A stretch of DNA of 64,000 nucleotides, from the NCBI RefSeq assembly GCF_964204645.1, contig NC_134032.1, positions 5,046,175-5,110,174 of the forward strand, read 5' to 3'. Positions 49,001-63,388 of this stretch are shown piece by piece. The first letter of the stretch is position 1. Each line of letters opens with the position of its first letter. The notes beneath the pieces were generated by a model that was not told the DNA's origin, ran no database searches, and saw only the letters and a program-made list of their open reading frames with translations. The position numbers were made by a program, and so were the translations under genes. Origin of the DNA: Tubulanus polymorphus. Its lineage: Eukaryota; Animalia; Nemertea.

Positions 49001-51601
49001 TATGAAATCAACTCGGTGTGATCGGTACTGTTTACTAGTGTACTATTTAGTACAGACAGTACTAGCTTCGAAGAGCCACCACCTTTATCGGCTCCGATTT
49101 TTACCCAAATTTCATCATGAAAATGCTCATCCGTCACAAATTTTCCGGTGACTATCAAATTGTTAACAACGTATTCAAGATGTGATTTTAAATTCACTAT
49201 GTATACATAGGGGACAAGTTTTTCTTCTAGAGTTCGAGCATTGATCACTAAATTCATTTCGCCAGTGAATATATTCTGATCGATGTGATCACTGCGTTTT
49301 TTTAGTTCCGCTCGAATCTTATCTGATGAGGGAAACACCTTAACATTTTGACTTTTCAAGTTACGGTCTAATTCTAGCATTTTGGTCATTGTAAGACGCA
49401 AATTCAGTTTCAAGTCAACTGACTGTTCAGGAGTGAGCTTAGTTCCTTTCATTTCTGGAAATTCATTGATTACAAGATTTTTTAGATTTTCATCTTTTTT
49501 CAACATATGTGCAACTAATTTAGCAGCCTCAGTGATACTTTGGTCTTTGGATGAAATAAATTGTAGTATTGATTTTGCTTTGGAAGCTCTCTTCTCAACA
49601 GTCTGAGTCGACTTGACTCTGAAATGGATGTGTTTGGTTTTTCAAGTTTGCAAAAATGATGTTCATTTGTTCGAGAACCTGATGGAATAATAGCTTTGAA
49701 TATATGATCTAGAGAACCTTCCGATACAGTAAAAACATTATTATCCGTCATTAATTTTTCCAAGCGACTATTAATGATTTTTAAATTGCCATTTTCCTTT
49801 TCGACATTTTTCAGCTGTTCTTTTAATAAATTCAGTTGTTCCAGATAATCTTCAGATATGTCTGTCTGTCGTTTGTTCATGTACTGGTGTTGTGGCATCT
49901 TCACTCGCAAGAAGGTTTTCTGTGTCGTGTAGTTTATTGCCTTGTCCTAATGAAATTCAGAATATTTTCATTGCCTGTATTCATTTGTAGAGATTCTTTT
50001 TTATTGTAATGAAATGACGGTCTGACAAGCATCGATGAAATTAAGTTAACGAGTAAAATTAAGTTTTTAAACTATGCCTAATTACTATGATTCATCGAAT
50101 TCATACTGTTTCATTTGACTCTGAAGAAATTTGTGATCCCAATTTGTTTAAAGTTATTAGGCACAAATCCAAATGCAACTTCCAAAAATTTACTGCAAAT
50201 GAACAACAATTTTCAGCTGAAGTCGAAGAACGTTTGACTTATGTACCACAAGTTAATAACAATTGATCTTGGAGTAACGATTTGACCATTAAATGATTGC
50301 TCCAAGTATAGATGAAATGTCAATTGCAAAGAAATGGAGTATACGATACCTTCTGGATACGGGAATTGAACGAAAATGAGACAGAACATAGAATCCTCTA
50401 ACAATAATTACACGAACAAATTAGTAACTTTTGAATAAATTTAATTGTACTAAAAATCACAATATTTGTATCAATAACTTACTAGATAAAACCATTTGAA
50501 CAATTTTTTTTATATTTTTTCTCGAACTGCTTCCCTGGAAATATTTTTTTCTTTTGCTGGAACCAGACTTTGAGGAAAGACTTTTATCACTATCCATCGT
50601 CTTACAAAAAAACGCTGCCGAAAAACCTGTTTTTTAAAAGTAAACAAACAATTATTAGACTTTTTTACTATCAAATGTATGACTAATTCACGAGACTTGA
50701 AATACTGACCAGATTCCGACCCGAGATTTGGAATAGTTGATCCAACTAACTCGTGGTTCGAGACTCCATCCGAATCTACATAAAATCCTGCCGCCAAACC
50801 TATTTTAGGATGTAAACCAAACAATTATATAACTGGCCTAACTAACTTGATAATTTCTCAACTTCCAACATCAATCATTTTTTTTTTTCACTATTTATTG
50901 TTGTAGGCCTAGGCATGTCGTACCCTAATAGGGCTAGGCCTGTCAGGCTAGACCTGACTTCAGCCCCTGGGCTTCATTCAGGTCTTAACTTTAACGATAT
51001 TAAGAGACCAGACTTATTTTTTGGATGTGCAAGAGTGACTAGTTCTTGTTCGAAGGAGGGGCAAGGCCTGGGCAGCTAGCGCTACGTAGGTTGTAGGCGC
51101 TGAAAAACGCCAAACTTAAAAAAGTCCTTAAAACGCAAAAACAAATGACATTCGCTAGCCACTCATGAGGTATCTAACCATATGTATCATATATCATCGG
51201 AAAGCACATGGCACCATCTACATTGGTATGTTGAGATAATTTCGTTTTCCCAAACCCCTAAGAAATAATTAGCGAATATGTACCTCGAAAGTCGTTAGTT
51301 TTGGCCTAACCGGTTTGCAGCAGCCAACCAGGCGCAGACGACTGACAAATTTCAACTTGTGACTACATATAGATCTTCAAAACTCGGTTGAGAATACATT
51401 AGAACGAAGTGGGCTCGAATCCCGTTATCCGTTTTCTCTACGGAACTGCGCGCGTACAGCTGGTCGTATTCGGTTAGTTTTCTATGAGAATGAACAAAGC
51501 AGGTGCGCGCACTTATTGTGCTGCCATCAATCGGTTTTCAAAAGAGGCTAAGAAAATCAATATTAATTGTTGACAAATTCTGTATCTACTCTACGGTCGT
51601 G
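46071..51601. mobile_element. Chapaev (CMC superfamily) DNA transposon, 5,531 bp
   Basis: TIR CACGACCGTAGAG...CTCTACGGTCGTG; 4-bp TSD GAGC (46067-46070, 51602-51605); removing it restores the Helentron endonuclease frame QFKEA-LRDVLREL. Confidence 0.9.
47451..49910 (-). pseudogene. Chapaev-type DDE transposase with internal PHD-like finger; two frameshifts
   Basis: KIGADKGGG...(71 aa)...IGDLAF, YPCLWC, PPPLHISLG, ITPKLHIL, GEQGLEGKH; frameshifts near 49510-49600 and 48390. Confidence 0.85.
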
Positions 51602-51951
51602 GAGCTTCTTTGAACTGAGTCACATTGTAAGAAGTCGGGCGATAGATGACAACAAAAACTATTCTGGAGGAGTTATCTTTAAAGGCTAGACATTCGATAT
51701 TTATTGTCTGTAGGGTAATTACGTCATAGTTTAATGTTTGTTTAGCATACACACCAACACCGCCATGTTGCTGAGTTTTTAAGACGTGATCATTGCTATA
51801 GCTCATAAATCTAGACTGATTGTGGAAGTTATATCCAGCTATCGCGATGTTTTTGGGGTCACTAGACATCCATGTGTCCGCAATACCAACGTAATGTACT
51901 CCAGTGAGTCTATCATCATTGGCGATGTCTTTATAATGAGCAGGTAAATTA

Positions 51952-52015
51952 GTGTTATGGAAAGCCAATGTGTTATGGAAAGCCAATGTACTTCGTGTTA
52001 TGGAAAGCCAATGTA
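51952..52015. repeat. Triplication of a ~18-bp motif in the Helentron endonuclease region
   Basis: GTGTTATGGAAAGCCAAT occurs three times. Confidence 0.85.
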
Positions 52016-55000
52016 CATGTACACTGTAGACAACATGGATCGGTCGGTAGAAATGCAGTCATGTTGGCAATACAGGGTGCTACGTGCTCATTATAGAAAA
52101 TTGCATTGGGTGAATAGTCTTCAATAATCAATCCATCTATAGATGTAACTCTGCTACATATGCTTGGCCAGGGGAGAATATTTTTTTCAATGAAACTAGT
52201 GCATTCTGTGTAGTAACACCTTGCACTTTATGTACTGTACACGCCCAGGCAAGTTTCAATGGAAATTGACGTCGTACTCCTTTGTTTTTCATGGCTGATT
52301 CTTCAACTCTCACTACTGGTGTAGTATTCGCAGGCATACCGGAAAAATTTGAAGAATTGCGCAATTTCCGCCCAATGGTAGAGTCATCGAAAATTACATA
52401 AACAGTTGTACATTCGTGGTCAGTACCTGGAGATATATGCGACACTGTACCGAGAACACCAGGTCCATCCGTAACTTCAATATTTTTAGTAAGCATAACT
52501 CTTGCGTCAAGGGCTAACATTAAAGATTTTGCTAATGTCATATCTTTGTTGCTAACATGAAAGCTTACTCTCTTCACCAGTTTCCCAGTCCTCGGATCCT
52601 TTGTAAGGTCATTTGCTGAAATTTCAATGATATCAGTGCAACTCTCTCTTAACCGGGCTGCGTTTACAGCGTTCACCTGTTTGTTAGTGGAGTATATTCC
52701 TAAAGCTGTTTTACTGGTTTCACCGGTTTCTCTAGATTTCAGGGCCCTGTCATCTGCATACTGAAGGGTGTCTTCTTTCTTTTTAGTTCTGAGGCGGTTC
52801 AACAATCCTGCAAACTCACCACCTTTTTGTCGCATTATATCTTTCAATTCTACAATTTTAAATATATCAGTCCATAAATCAACACCGTTATTAGGGGCAG
52901 AGTAGAGCGGTTTACCTTTCACAGGTGGCAATTAATAGAAATCACCGACAGCTATTATACTGACATTACCAAATGGTGAATAATCTGCGCACTGTTTAAT
53001 CTGTCGCAATCAACCATGCACATACCCAAGCATTTTATGATCAACCATTGAAATTTCATCAATTATAACAATTCGAAGACTGTTGAATTTCATTCGTAAT
53101 TCTGATATTTTTTCATCACCTAGAGGAACATACGGTAATTTTGCCCCTATGTTTATAGCAAAGGTGTTGCGTATAGTTGTAGCCCCTATGTTGTAGGCAG
53201 CAACACCTGTTGGTGAGGTCAAGCAAACAGTTACATCATTAGGGTTTGTAGCAGTCTTAGTAAGTATTCGTGATGCCTCATAATTAATAGCCTTAATAAG
53301 GTGTGATTTTCATGTACCAGCGCCTCCAGTCAAAAATAAATGAAATGGTTGCGGATTCCTCCCGTTTACAAAATCGATACACCACTGTCTGACTCTGTAA
53401 AATACCTCTTTCTGCTGAATGTTTAAAGAGCGAATTATTTTCCAAGCAGAGTCTTTGTTCATTGAATTTGATTTTTCAATTGCATAGTTTCGTGTAGATA
53501 TTTGTCCATCGGGGTCTGGAATATCATTAGGGTCACTTTCATCATCTTCTATTGAAGAACGAGATGTAGATTCATCATTAGTCTCAAGTCGTTCATGTTC
53601 AGATTCAGGTGCAATTTGGGCCCATGCATCTTCATATTCATCACACATGTTCAACATTTCATAGGCCATGTCAAATGTGTCAATATCTGCTTCAAACCAA
53701 CTGCGTGGTTCATTGACAATTTCTTTGACACTTACTAACGACCCTAATCCTATACGCACATGTCCTGTTTCATAGAAATTTTCATAAGTTTCAAATCCTG
53801 GGGGTGTCAATTGTATATCCTGTCGATACGGCAGAAATAATTGTAGACTATGTATTGTAGATTGTGTATGAAAGTGTTTTTCTGGTTGTTTCGTTTGAGA
53901 AAATCGGGCATATATCTGACAACTGCAGGGGCTGTGTTTGTTCGCTCTCTGATATATCCAGTGTCATTTTTCAATGCTATGCTGCTTTCATTCACTTGTG
54001 ATTTGGCTAAAATTCTGTATTTAGAGCAAAACTGTGCGAGACACATTTTTTCAAATTCCTCATCATCAGGGTGATTTTGATAGCGTTCTACAATACCTGT
54101 CATCCATACGTCATCATCATTCAAATCATTATCAGCGTTACGTGATTGCAATACACTCAAGGGTTTGCTCAATTTAATGATATTGTCACCAGTTGGAATA
54201 AACGGAACTTTTCTTGAACCTTCTTTCATTTTTAAATTACATACGCGATACACTGCTTCTTGTGCAGAGACTTCACGATTATGTAGGTAGGTTGACCCAA
54301 GAGATTTCATGGCTTGTTTAGCACTTTGATTATCTTCTGCAGCCTCCGCCCTGGTGTGTTCTAACAAAAGACCCATTTCTCGTTCACTCTTTGAGATATA
54401 TGACACAATATATACTACGCATGCGAATGCATCAGTCACATATTGGATGTCCATGTTTGCTTGCCAGACTCTCAATAATGCAGGATTGTATTGATTTACC
54501 CAACATTCATTTGGTTCTCTTTTCAACACAACACCACTTTTACGCGATAGACAACGATAAGCTTCTTCAAACATATCTTGTGTGATACCAACTGATCTGA
54601 ATAATGATTCTGTTGTTGTTAACTCAGTTCCCTCTGTATTCATTATTTTCCACACAGTTTCAAGTATCTCTTTTGCTCTGGCTGGGCTCATTGCATTCAT
54701 AGCTGCATCATGTTGTATTTTCTGCATTTCTTCATCTGGTTCATTGCTTGTTGGAGGGGCTTCATATTTCATTTGAGTTAGAAATGTTTGTAGGGATGGA
54801 TTTCTGGGGAAATTGAACCTGCATACAGTACCTTTTTTACGACATGTCTTAGAATGTATTTTACTATGTATTTGGACACTGGTGACAACCTCATGCAATT
54901 CAGGATCTTTGGATTCTTCAGGCAATCTGCAGGTTATGTATCTACAAACTCAGTGATATCAACGTCATCATCGATTCCTGACTTAGGGGCATCTTTCACC

Positions 55001-56799
55001 CATATCAAAGCATGTACATGTGGGCTGCCGCGCATCTGGAATTCTACCCGATAAAAGTAGTCCTGTATTTCACCAATAAGTTGTGCAGGGGACTTGATAA
55101 CAGTGTTGAGGAACGTACGAAATCTATGATCAAACATCCTGGCTGCAGTTACTGGGTTTCGTCTCAATATACCACATTTCTCGGACCATGACATGTCTCT
55201 CACAGGCTTATCACAACCATCAACTCGCATTATAGCCTCTAAATGGTCCTCCCATCTCATTTCAGCTACAGAGAATGTTGGCACACCTAATTGTCTAACC
55301 ATAGCCAGCAAGTCTTTTTGAGCAGCTTCCCAGAACGGAGGTGTTCCTCTGATAGGTTTTAAAAACTTATAACCGTCATTATGTTTCAACAATTCGTTCA
55401 TATTTTCAATGTTTTTCAAAGTATTCAAGTCAATATTCAAACTTTTCTTACCATCTTTCACTCCTTTCCGCAATGCAATTGAGACATTTGAGTTGACCTG
55501 GTTGATTTCAGACAAAAACTGTGCATAAAATATGTAATCCGTGTTTCTCGAGAATCTGGGGTCGGCATTCATTAAACATGTGTGTAAGTAGCGTGATAAA
55601 GTAATCCTGTGTCCTCGAATATCATGATATGTAAATCTACCTGTCGGAAAGCGAGTGGGGAAACATCTGGCCTCATTCTCAGTATCAGTCAAAATCTTTA
55701 TTGGGCTATTATCTTCAGCAGGAGCCACACACAAAATGTCATCGAAATGTGCGTCAAGAATCTCCTGGCCGATATTAATTGGTTCATGTACATTCCATGC
55801 AGATTTTCAGCATCAGTTTCTTCCTGGTAGTTGACATCATTTTGTCCTTGTGCTGTGGAATTATTGTCAAGATTGGGCAGTTCTTCATTTTCAATTGTTT
55901 CTGTATCTAATATCTCATCCTCAAGGGATCCTCTCTCAGATATTTCATTGACTTCTTCAAGTGGGTTATTCCACTCATAGTTTAATTTCACATCACGATA
56001 ATGCGGATTGATTGATTTCAATGTACACAACGCGTCCATTATCTTTTTCTGCTCAACGAATTGATACTTGTAATGTCCTTTGAATGTAAGTTTTCGTTTC
56101 AATTTTACCTTCATCATTTGATCATCAGAAGAATTTCGTGGAAGTATGTCTGTTGTTTTTTTTACATTGCTCGGAACACATACGACTGGCCCATGAGATC
56201 CGTGCTTACCTTGTTTCGGTAAAGCTATCATTTTAATGAATGGTATGTTAATTGAAACGAGATGAACTTCTAGCGAATTCAGTTGTGTAAGCGTATCGGG
56301 AATACTTTCTAATTGCAAGTTATTTACAGCAGCTTCACAAGGTACTGTAGCTGACAGTAATTTACTGTGACAACCATGACATATCCATGATTTTCCACAG
56401 GGTTGATCTTTCAAGGTACATGACTGAGAGCAAGTATTGCTACATGTATGTAGATAGGTATCTGTTATGCATTCTCGCGCAACAGCTGAGTGTTAGGAAC
56501 TGCGAGTACTATACATGCTAACATCCAATCTTTTCACCTGATTATGAAAAAGTAAACGTTGACAAACAGCACATACATATTCAGGGCCTCTCTCTGCTGT
56601 GTCCCGAAATATTGATATCACATAATTGACATCCAATTTCTTCACCTTTTCATTTTCCCGCCTAAAATTATTTTGGCCTCTGATAAAATTTTTGAATATT
56701 GGGTCGTGTGCATACCTATCTATACTGTGGGCCTTCACAATATGTTGATGGTCCAAATTAGTTTGGTATTTGTCAATGCTGTAGCATTTGACCCTTTCT

Positions 56800-57230
56800 T
56801 GATGCTGAATGTCCTTTCGATATTTCTCAATACTGTATGTCTTAACTTGGTCTCGATGCTCAGTGTCGTTCTGATATTTCTCAATACTGCATGTCTTAAC
56901 TTGGTCTCGATGCTCAGTGTCCTTTCGATATTTCTCAATACTGTATGTCTTAACTTGGTCTCGATGCTCAGTGTCGTTCTGATATTTCTCAATACTGTAT
57001 GTCTTAACTTGGTCTCGATGCTCAGTGTCCTTTCGATATTTCTCAATACTGTATGTCTTAACTTGGTCTCGATGCTCAGTGTCGGTCTGATATTCCACAA
57101 TACTGTATGTCTTTACTTGGTCTCGATGCTCAGTGTCATACTGATATTTTGCAATACTGCATTTCCTGACTTGTACTCGATGCTGAGAGTTACTTTTATA
57201 TTTCTGTATACTGTACGCTTTCACCTGGTT
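56800..57230 (-). repeat. 54-bp coding tandem repeat (18 aa, YSIEKYxxDTEHRDQVKT), ~8 copies
   Basis: Visible in ORF 56493..57260 and in the DNA. Confidence 0.95.
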
Positions 57231-60200
57231 TAGAAATACATCATCCTGTTTATAGTTCATAGCGGCTTTCCTTTTCAGATTGTTACAATAGTTACGATCA
57301 TCGTGGTATTTCTTAACAGTATTTCATTTCATCTACTGGCGGAATTCCAAACTGTTGCTGTACTTCATTTTTTTCCCTGTGTTTTGGTTTTGGCGATAAG
57401 ATTCATCGTTCTCATATTTTAGAGATGCATAAGTTATCATCTTGTTGCGATACAGTTTATCCTGCCGATAGCGCTGATTATCGTAACGCCTTTTGACTGC
57501 TTTCCTGTTCCTGATTTGATCTTCACGTTTGTTATTGGTGGCATAATTTATTGAATTATACTCGTTCTCGCACCATAGGCATATTTTATCATATACACCA
57601 GAACAGTTTACGCACACAACAACCTCATAGTGCATACCACTACTGTTTCTAAGATAAATATTACCATTGGATTCATATTGATGTTTTAAAGTGGCTAAAA
57701 CTGAACCTGAAAATTGTTGCCATTTGTCATCTATATGCATATAGATCTATATGCAGTAAATCAGCTGTGGCCAATATTTCAACTTCAGTCGCCCATGTCT
57801 GTACGTATTTCATCCGGGATGCTTCAATATATTGATCTACAGTAATATCTGGATTTCTCAAATGGGGTTGAAACCTCTTTGCGTTGTGTTTCATGTGGTT
57901 TACTACTTTTGTACGTATGACCCTGTGATAGTTTTCAGTTCCACAGATAGAATAAGAGATAGCTCTGAAAAAACAGTTACCATCACCTTTTATCTTATGG
58001 GTACTGCATGGTGAGCCGAGCAGTCCAGTATATGCAGGCATACAGTCATATCCTAGTTCAGCCATTGGAATACCTACAACAGATCGTGTTGTTATATCTA
58101 GAATAGAGCATAATGATAAACACTGAACTTTTTCTAGAGGTCTGTAAACTAGTGAGGTGTGGTGTATGGAGCTACCCACAACTATAACATCATCATCATA
58201 GACTTCATTTAAATGAGACGGTTTTGGTCGATTAAGGCTGTGTCTGGTTAATGTTTCTCCTGTAAGATCCTTTTGATCACAGCAGTTTATATTAACACCT
58301 GTTATTTCATATTGCATCGGTTCAATTAAATTCATAGAGGCGGTAAGTCTGTGACAATGTTTTTCCAATTCATTTAAACTTCTATGACTTACTATCACGG
58401 CAAATCAATCAGCAGTCATCATTCCATTTGAGTCACGTGAATCAGAGTCGAATACCCAGTACACACCATCCTGATTCAAAACACAAAATGTATTACCAGC
58501 AAATGTAACAAAGCAAGCATCATATTCATGTAGTACTGTGTGTAAACATTCAGACAATTCCATCATTACACCAAACTTTCCAGCTTTCATTTCGTCACTT
58601 AGAACAAGCAACATATGAGATTCCAACATTGACTTCGTACATATAATTAGATATTTCAATTGCATTTGGCAGTTCACTGACTAAAAGATAGATATTAGAT
58701 ATAGTGTTCATACTTGTCAATGTTGCATATAGTTCATTACCAGTAATCAAGACAGAATCAACATCATTTGAGGTCCAGTGTATCAGTAACTTGTGCAATG
58801 AATGAATAATAGCAGCTAACGAGTTAGCAACACATTGCTTACCAGAGTGAACACCGAATTTCGGGTGAACTTGATGGCAATTTCCATGTACTATGGCCTT
58901 TGTCATTGAGGCTGTATCTGTTGACCACAACGATTCTGTGCTTTCTGGCTCATTCAACATTTCATTTTGGTTGCGTATAACGTTAGTTTCATTTCCAATG
59001 TGCTGTTATTGTATCCTTAGCTGCTTTTGCCGCAGCTGGCTGTATGTGATAATTATCTGCTATAGCCGCAGCTAGCTGTGTAGCTGCTATAGCCGCAGCT
59101 GGCTGTAATATATCTGCAATAGGTGATGAAGCATTCACCTGAAAATGAGAAGATGTTCCTTATTTAATAATTTCTTATTTCCATTGGCATCAAAATTGTG
59201 TAATGCATGGATGTAGGCCATTCACCTTCTTACGCTGAAACCCATGCCGGCGAATTTTTCTTTTAGGCATCGCTTCTTATGATGTCTATAACAAACAAAA
59301 TTAAGACATATATTAGCTACCATTAACTTAACTACTGTATTTGTTTCGTAGGGAATACATGAAACATCAAGGATATTACAATGTTTGCTTAGAAACAGGC
59401 GCATATCCATACTTCGGATGGAGTATATAAGCCTTACAAGCTTATTTCAGAGCTAGATAATTAATAAAGTGTTCACAAAAGTTCCCTTGAAAAGTTAACA
59501 AATGTGTTATATGTGCCGATTTTGGCGACCAACAATGGCTGCCAGCCACCCATTCCTGCGTTATAGGCCTGCAATGACATAGCATAAAAAGGGATTTTTA
59601 GACATTCTGAGTGCATTCTGAGCACTATCGTAGTTGACATTTGGAATAAACCATTTTCCAAGCCTGGCGAAAATTCCAAGGTCACTTGGCCGAAAAAAGG
59701 GGATGCGTACCCCGGACAAATCCCTGGATCAATGACATCATCGCTGATCTGAAATCGCATACGCCCGTAACAGCAGGAGGCAGTTTGAATTGGCCACTGA
59801 ACAGTGTTTTCAATAAGAGCCAGGTCCCAGGTCCCAGACCTGTCTGTTGTTTGTAAAGGACCTACCTGTTTTTCAAACCAGCTTTCATTTCAGGGACTGT
59901 GACATATGGGACCCTCCTCTTTTACAAAGGGAACTGGCTTGTTAATTTGTTAATGAAAACACTACTGAAGTAAGTGGATATTTTGCTGCTGCAACATTAT
60001 TTTAGTAATTACAACAAAAATTTCAGCAAAATTTATCTGTAAATGCTAACTGGAATATTCAGTTTTCCGCAAAATATCCACTTACTTGCTCGTAGGGCTG
60101 GCAGGCGATGCCTATAGGACATGCATGATCGTTAGAATAAAGTGTTCATAATAATTAGTGTCAACAAGCGTCATCCAGCGTCAACCGGTCAGAATTCAAC

Positions 60201-60243
60201 GTCAAGGGGTTGATTTAGGAACCCAAGTCTATCTTAAGTTAGA

Positions 60244-60657
60244 GACACACGAGTGTATTTTTTCGCCTGATCGCGACGATTAAATTCGCCAGCGAATTAG
60301 TACGTCTGATACGAGTGGGTAGAGGTAGCGATCAAACCAAAATTCAGTCAGTGACTGCTACTTAGTGTGAGAGAGTTAACAAATCACATGATATCAACAA
60401 TGCATCCCATTAGTTGATAAAAATGCCATTTAATGGATCGCTCTGCGGAATTCGCCGAGTGCGGGCAGACGAGCTAATTTGCGGACAATCTGATCACCGG
60501 CGTAAATATCAAACAAGTTTGGTTGATACGGGCGATTCGCCAGACAATAGAGTCGGCCGACGAAATCATCATCATCACCGTGAGTGGTGACCCGAGCCAT
60601 TTTTTCGGTCGATTTATAAATTTGCCGCGATCGGGCAAAAAAATACGCCTGTGTGCC
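60244..60657. mobile_element. Probable MITE
   Basis: CACACGAGTGTATTTTTTCGCCTGATCGCG is the imperfect inverse of CGCGATCGGGCAAAAAAATACGCCTGTGTG; TSD not established. Confidence 0.5.
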
Positions 60658-61887
60658 CCTACAGCAAAATTTAAACTGACCAAAATAAGTAATTCGTGGA
60701 AAATGACTAACGTACTGCAAGATAAGCCTAATTTGTCAATTGACTTAGGCCTGGTATTGTCATTCCCGGCAGAAAATTTATTTAAAAATGCTTATAAGTT
60801 ATTAATTTGTCGCTTGTTGACGCTTTTAAATCTTGACACAAAACGCTGAAACTTGGGTTGTTGACGCCCCGCTAATTTAGTAATTAGCATACCCAAAATA
60901 AAGTACTATTTTCTGATTAACCTACCTATCAAATTCGAAGGCCTGTATCCCTAATGCGGAGAAAATCTGATGCCAGGTTTATTAACACACGGCGAAGTTA
61001 GACGAGACTAGTTAGTAGAGGAATATATTATATAAGATTAAGACGCCTGCCTTCTCTCCCCAAATTTCGTCGATAACAATTCACCCACTCAGTGGGCCTA
61101 GCTGCGGCGCTCGTGCGCGTGTAGTTTACCAGTTTACTGGGAGCTCAGTGAAACGACACGATTGTTCACAGCGACGCTTCGCGCAATCAAACAGAAAGTT
61201 AGCATCAGACGGATCACTTTCAACGTAGGCAAAATTGCGATCGCCCTTACGTTGAATTTAATTGCCGTTGTAGGGAATCGGCATACGAAACGGACGGCAC
61301 TCGGACGATAGTCCGATCCGCGCAACATTCCGACGACCAGCGTAACACCCCGAAATTGTTTATAGCATTGCACACACTATTTTATTTAATAACGTATCAT
61401 GAATAAAATTTAAAGATTGGGCTTCACTTGGAAATATGACACAAATGTTTCATGTAAATCGGTCATTTGAAAGAAGAAACAATAAATTAGACCATTTGAA
61501 ATTGATTTGTATTCATTTAATTCCGGGATTATAGACTGAATGCCTGTCCCATTCAAATTGAAGATAGAGACCGGTAACCAGTCTACCAGGATTATAGCTG
61601 TATAGGCAACAAACTCCACATTCACGAATTACGTGGCTGTCAGATTGCAAAAACCGTTCAATAAACAGACCGTATTACATGCAAAAAATTGATCCTGAAA
61701 CCGATTTTTCAAAATCAACGCCCCCTAGTGGTTGAAATAGGAACTAATCACGTGAGTGGTTCGTTGCATTTAGTAACCAGGTACATGCGTATCGATTTTT
61801 ATAGAAATGCATTGTTCCCAGTAGTTAAATAGGGTCACTTTGGGACCGATTGAGGAGTGAGGAGCAGTGAGGAGCAGTGAGGAGCAA

Positions 61888-61925
61888 TGACGTCATCGCT
61901 GACGTCATGGATGACGTCACTGATT
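61888..61925. promoter_or_regulatory. Cluster of three CRE/ATF sites in the presumed TIR
   Basis: TGACGTCA at 61888, 61900 and 61912. Confidence 0.6.
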
Positions 61926-62116
61926 ACATCATGTTGGTGGGGGAAAACGTTTTTGGGCGAGAATATCGATAACAATAAAGCGAAGCCATAAAACGTGTTC
62001 GGGCCTGATATTTGTGGACAATAAAAACGCGATATAAATCATGTTTAGACGTCATTTAACTCGGAGACTTCGGGCGGTTAACATCGGATCTCTTCACATC
62101 GACTATCGCGGATATC

Positions 62117-62954
62117 ATGGATTCACCAAGCGGCCGAAGCACATGTAGTTTAGAAATATGTAGTTCTCCTAAAAAAGCGAAGCTTTCACCCGCATATAGG
62201 AAAAGGAAACCGGTTCATCTCAAACTTAATTTCGGTAAGTCTATTTCTGTTTCGAGACAATATTTCGTAAAATGATGTATGTATGTTCTAAATACTTAAT
62301 TTCGTAACTTTATTTTCTATAGACTCAATCGTTAATGATAACGCCGTCGATACGCCTCACTCAATGAAAACCGTCACATCGTCAGATGGTCAACCCGATC
62401 CTCATTATTTAGGACAACTCGTTTACGCGTGCGTGAAAACATGGCAGGGTTCAAAACGTATCGATCTCAGGACATACGAGTGCTGCGACCGGAAGCACCA
62501 GTTATACCCGACTAAAAACGGTATCGCGTTAGATTTGCAAGAGTGGGTACATATCGACTACTGTAAATCCGATATCGAACACGAAATTGAGCGAGTCAAA
62601 CAACAAGCGGGATATGTGGGAGGTATGACTATCGGTCGTTCGAACTTTATTAAAATCTATCGTTCTAGTCATAATAGTCGTGTATACATCGATATACGGT
62701 TCTATATACTATGCGATGCGAAAGGCGAAACCGTACCTTCTAGAAAAGGTGTAAAATTATCTCTCTCTCAGTGGAAGAAATTAAAAGACATTAATTTTAG
62801 CGACGATGTACCCGAACTATCCGATATGAAACCGTGTTGGTACGAACAAAGTCATCAAAATCAAGAATATAGATGCGCATACTGCGCAAAGGACACTAGC
62901 GGAGTTCGTAATGCTCCAGAATATTCCGCATACGCTCCCAGTAAGAATAAATAA
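62117..62954 (+). CDS. Spliced protein with two PC4 (p15/Sub1-like) ssDNA-binding domains, ~249 aa
   Basis: Exon 62117-62234, intron GTAAGT...TAG 62235-62322, in frame with ORF 62364..62954; RIDLRTY...PTKNGIAL..QEW and YIDIRFY...PSRKGVKLSLSQW; AATAAA at the stop. Confidence 0.85.
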
Positions 62955-63388
62955 ATACGTTTAATTAACGGTCTAATAATATGTATGGTTTTTCTAACTT
63001 TATTATCCACGATTAAATGAAAATAAACGTGTGTCAATAGAAGTCAATTGTCTTTGTCATTGTTTCGTCGGTCATTCATTCCCTTAAAGTTCAGTCATTT
63101 CGATATGTCGACTGTCTGTAGCATGATTCCATCAATTGCCTATCAATCAATCCTCTCAATGTTGGCCTTATCTACACGATCAAATTCCATCCTTTAGTGT
63201 AATCCAAAGCGACTATGATAATTAACATATCAATAAGGAATAACGATGTTCAATTTAACATAATATTTGATAAACTTTATTATATTAGTAAAGGATAAAT
63301 ATTCTATATAAATAGTAAATGTACAAAAAAATTCATTATTTAAATTCGAAAAAATAGTGGTGACTAGAGGAGAATAATAAAACGCGTA

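Larger units (their letters stand above)
45804..59270 (-). pseudogene. Helentron/Helitron2 polyprotein: herpes-tegument-like cysteine protease, OTU, 18-aa repeats, Zn fingers, HUH Rep, PIF1 helicase, APE endonuclease; interrupted by Chapaev
   Basis: GKQCVANSL...VFDSDSR; GDGNCFFRAIS...HYEV; RVEFQMRGSPHVHALIW; YIVSYISK; GGAGT*KS; DEISM; RRQFPLKLAWACTVHKVQG; GGVGVY, VIYRP, GDFN, SHH. Probable first exon 59270-59226 (MPKRKIRRHGFQRKK). Element ends not located. Confidence 0.93.

Noticed and set aside
56673-57233. Hydrophobic repeat ORF and alternative-frame ORF 56735..57100
   Set aside because: Shadows of the 54-bp coding repeat of the Helentron.
63230-63388. Hydrophobic C-terminal extension of polB
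   Set aside because: Read-through caused by a 1-nt frameshift before the TLPYGF* end.
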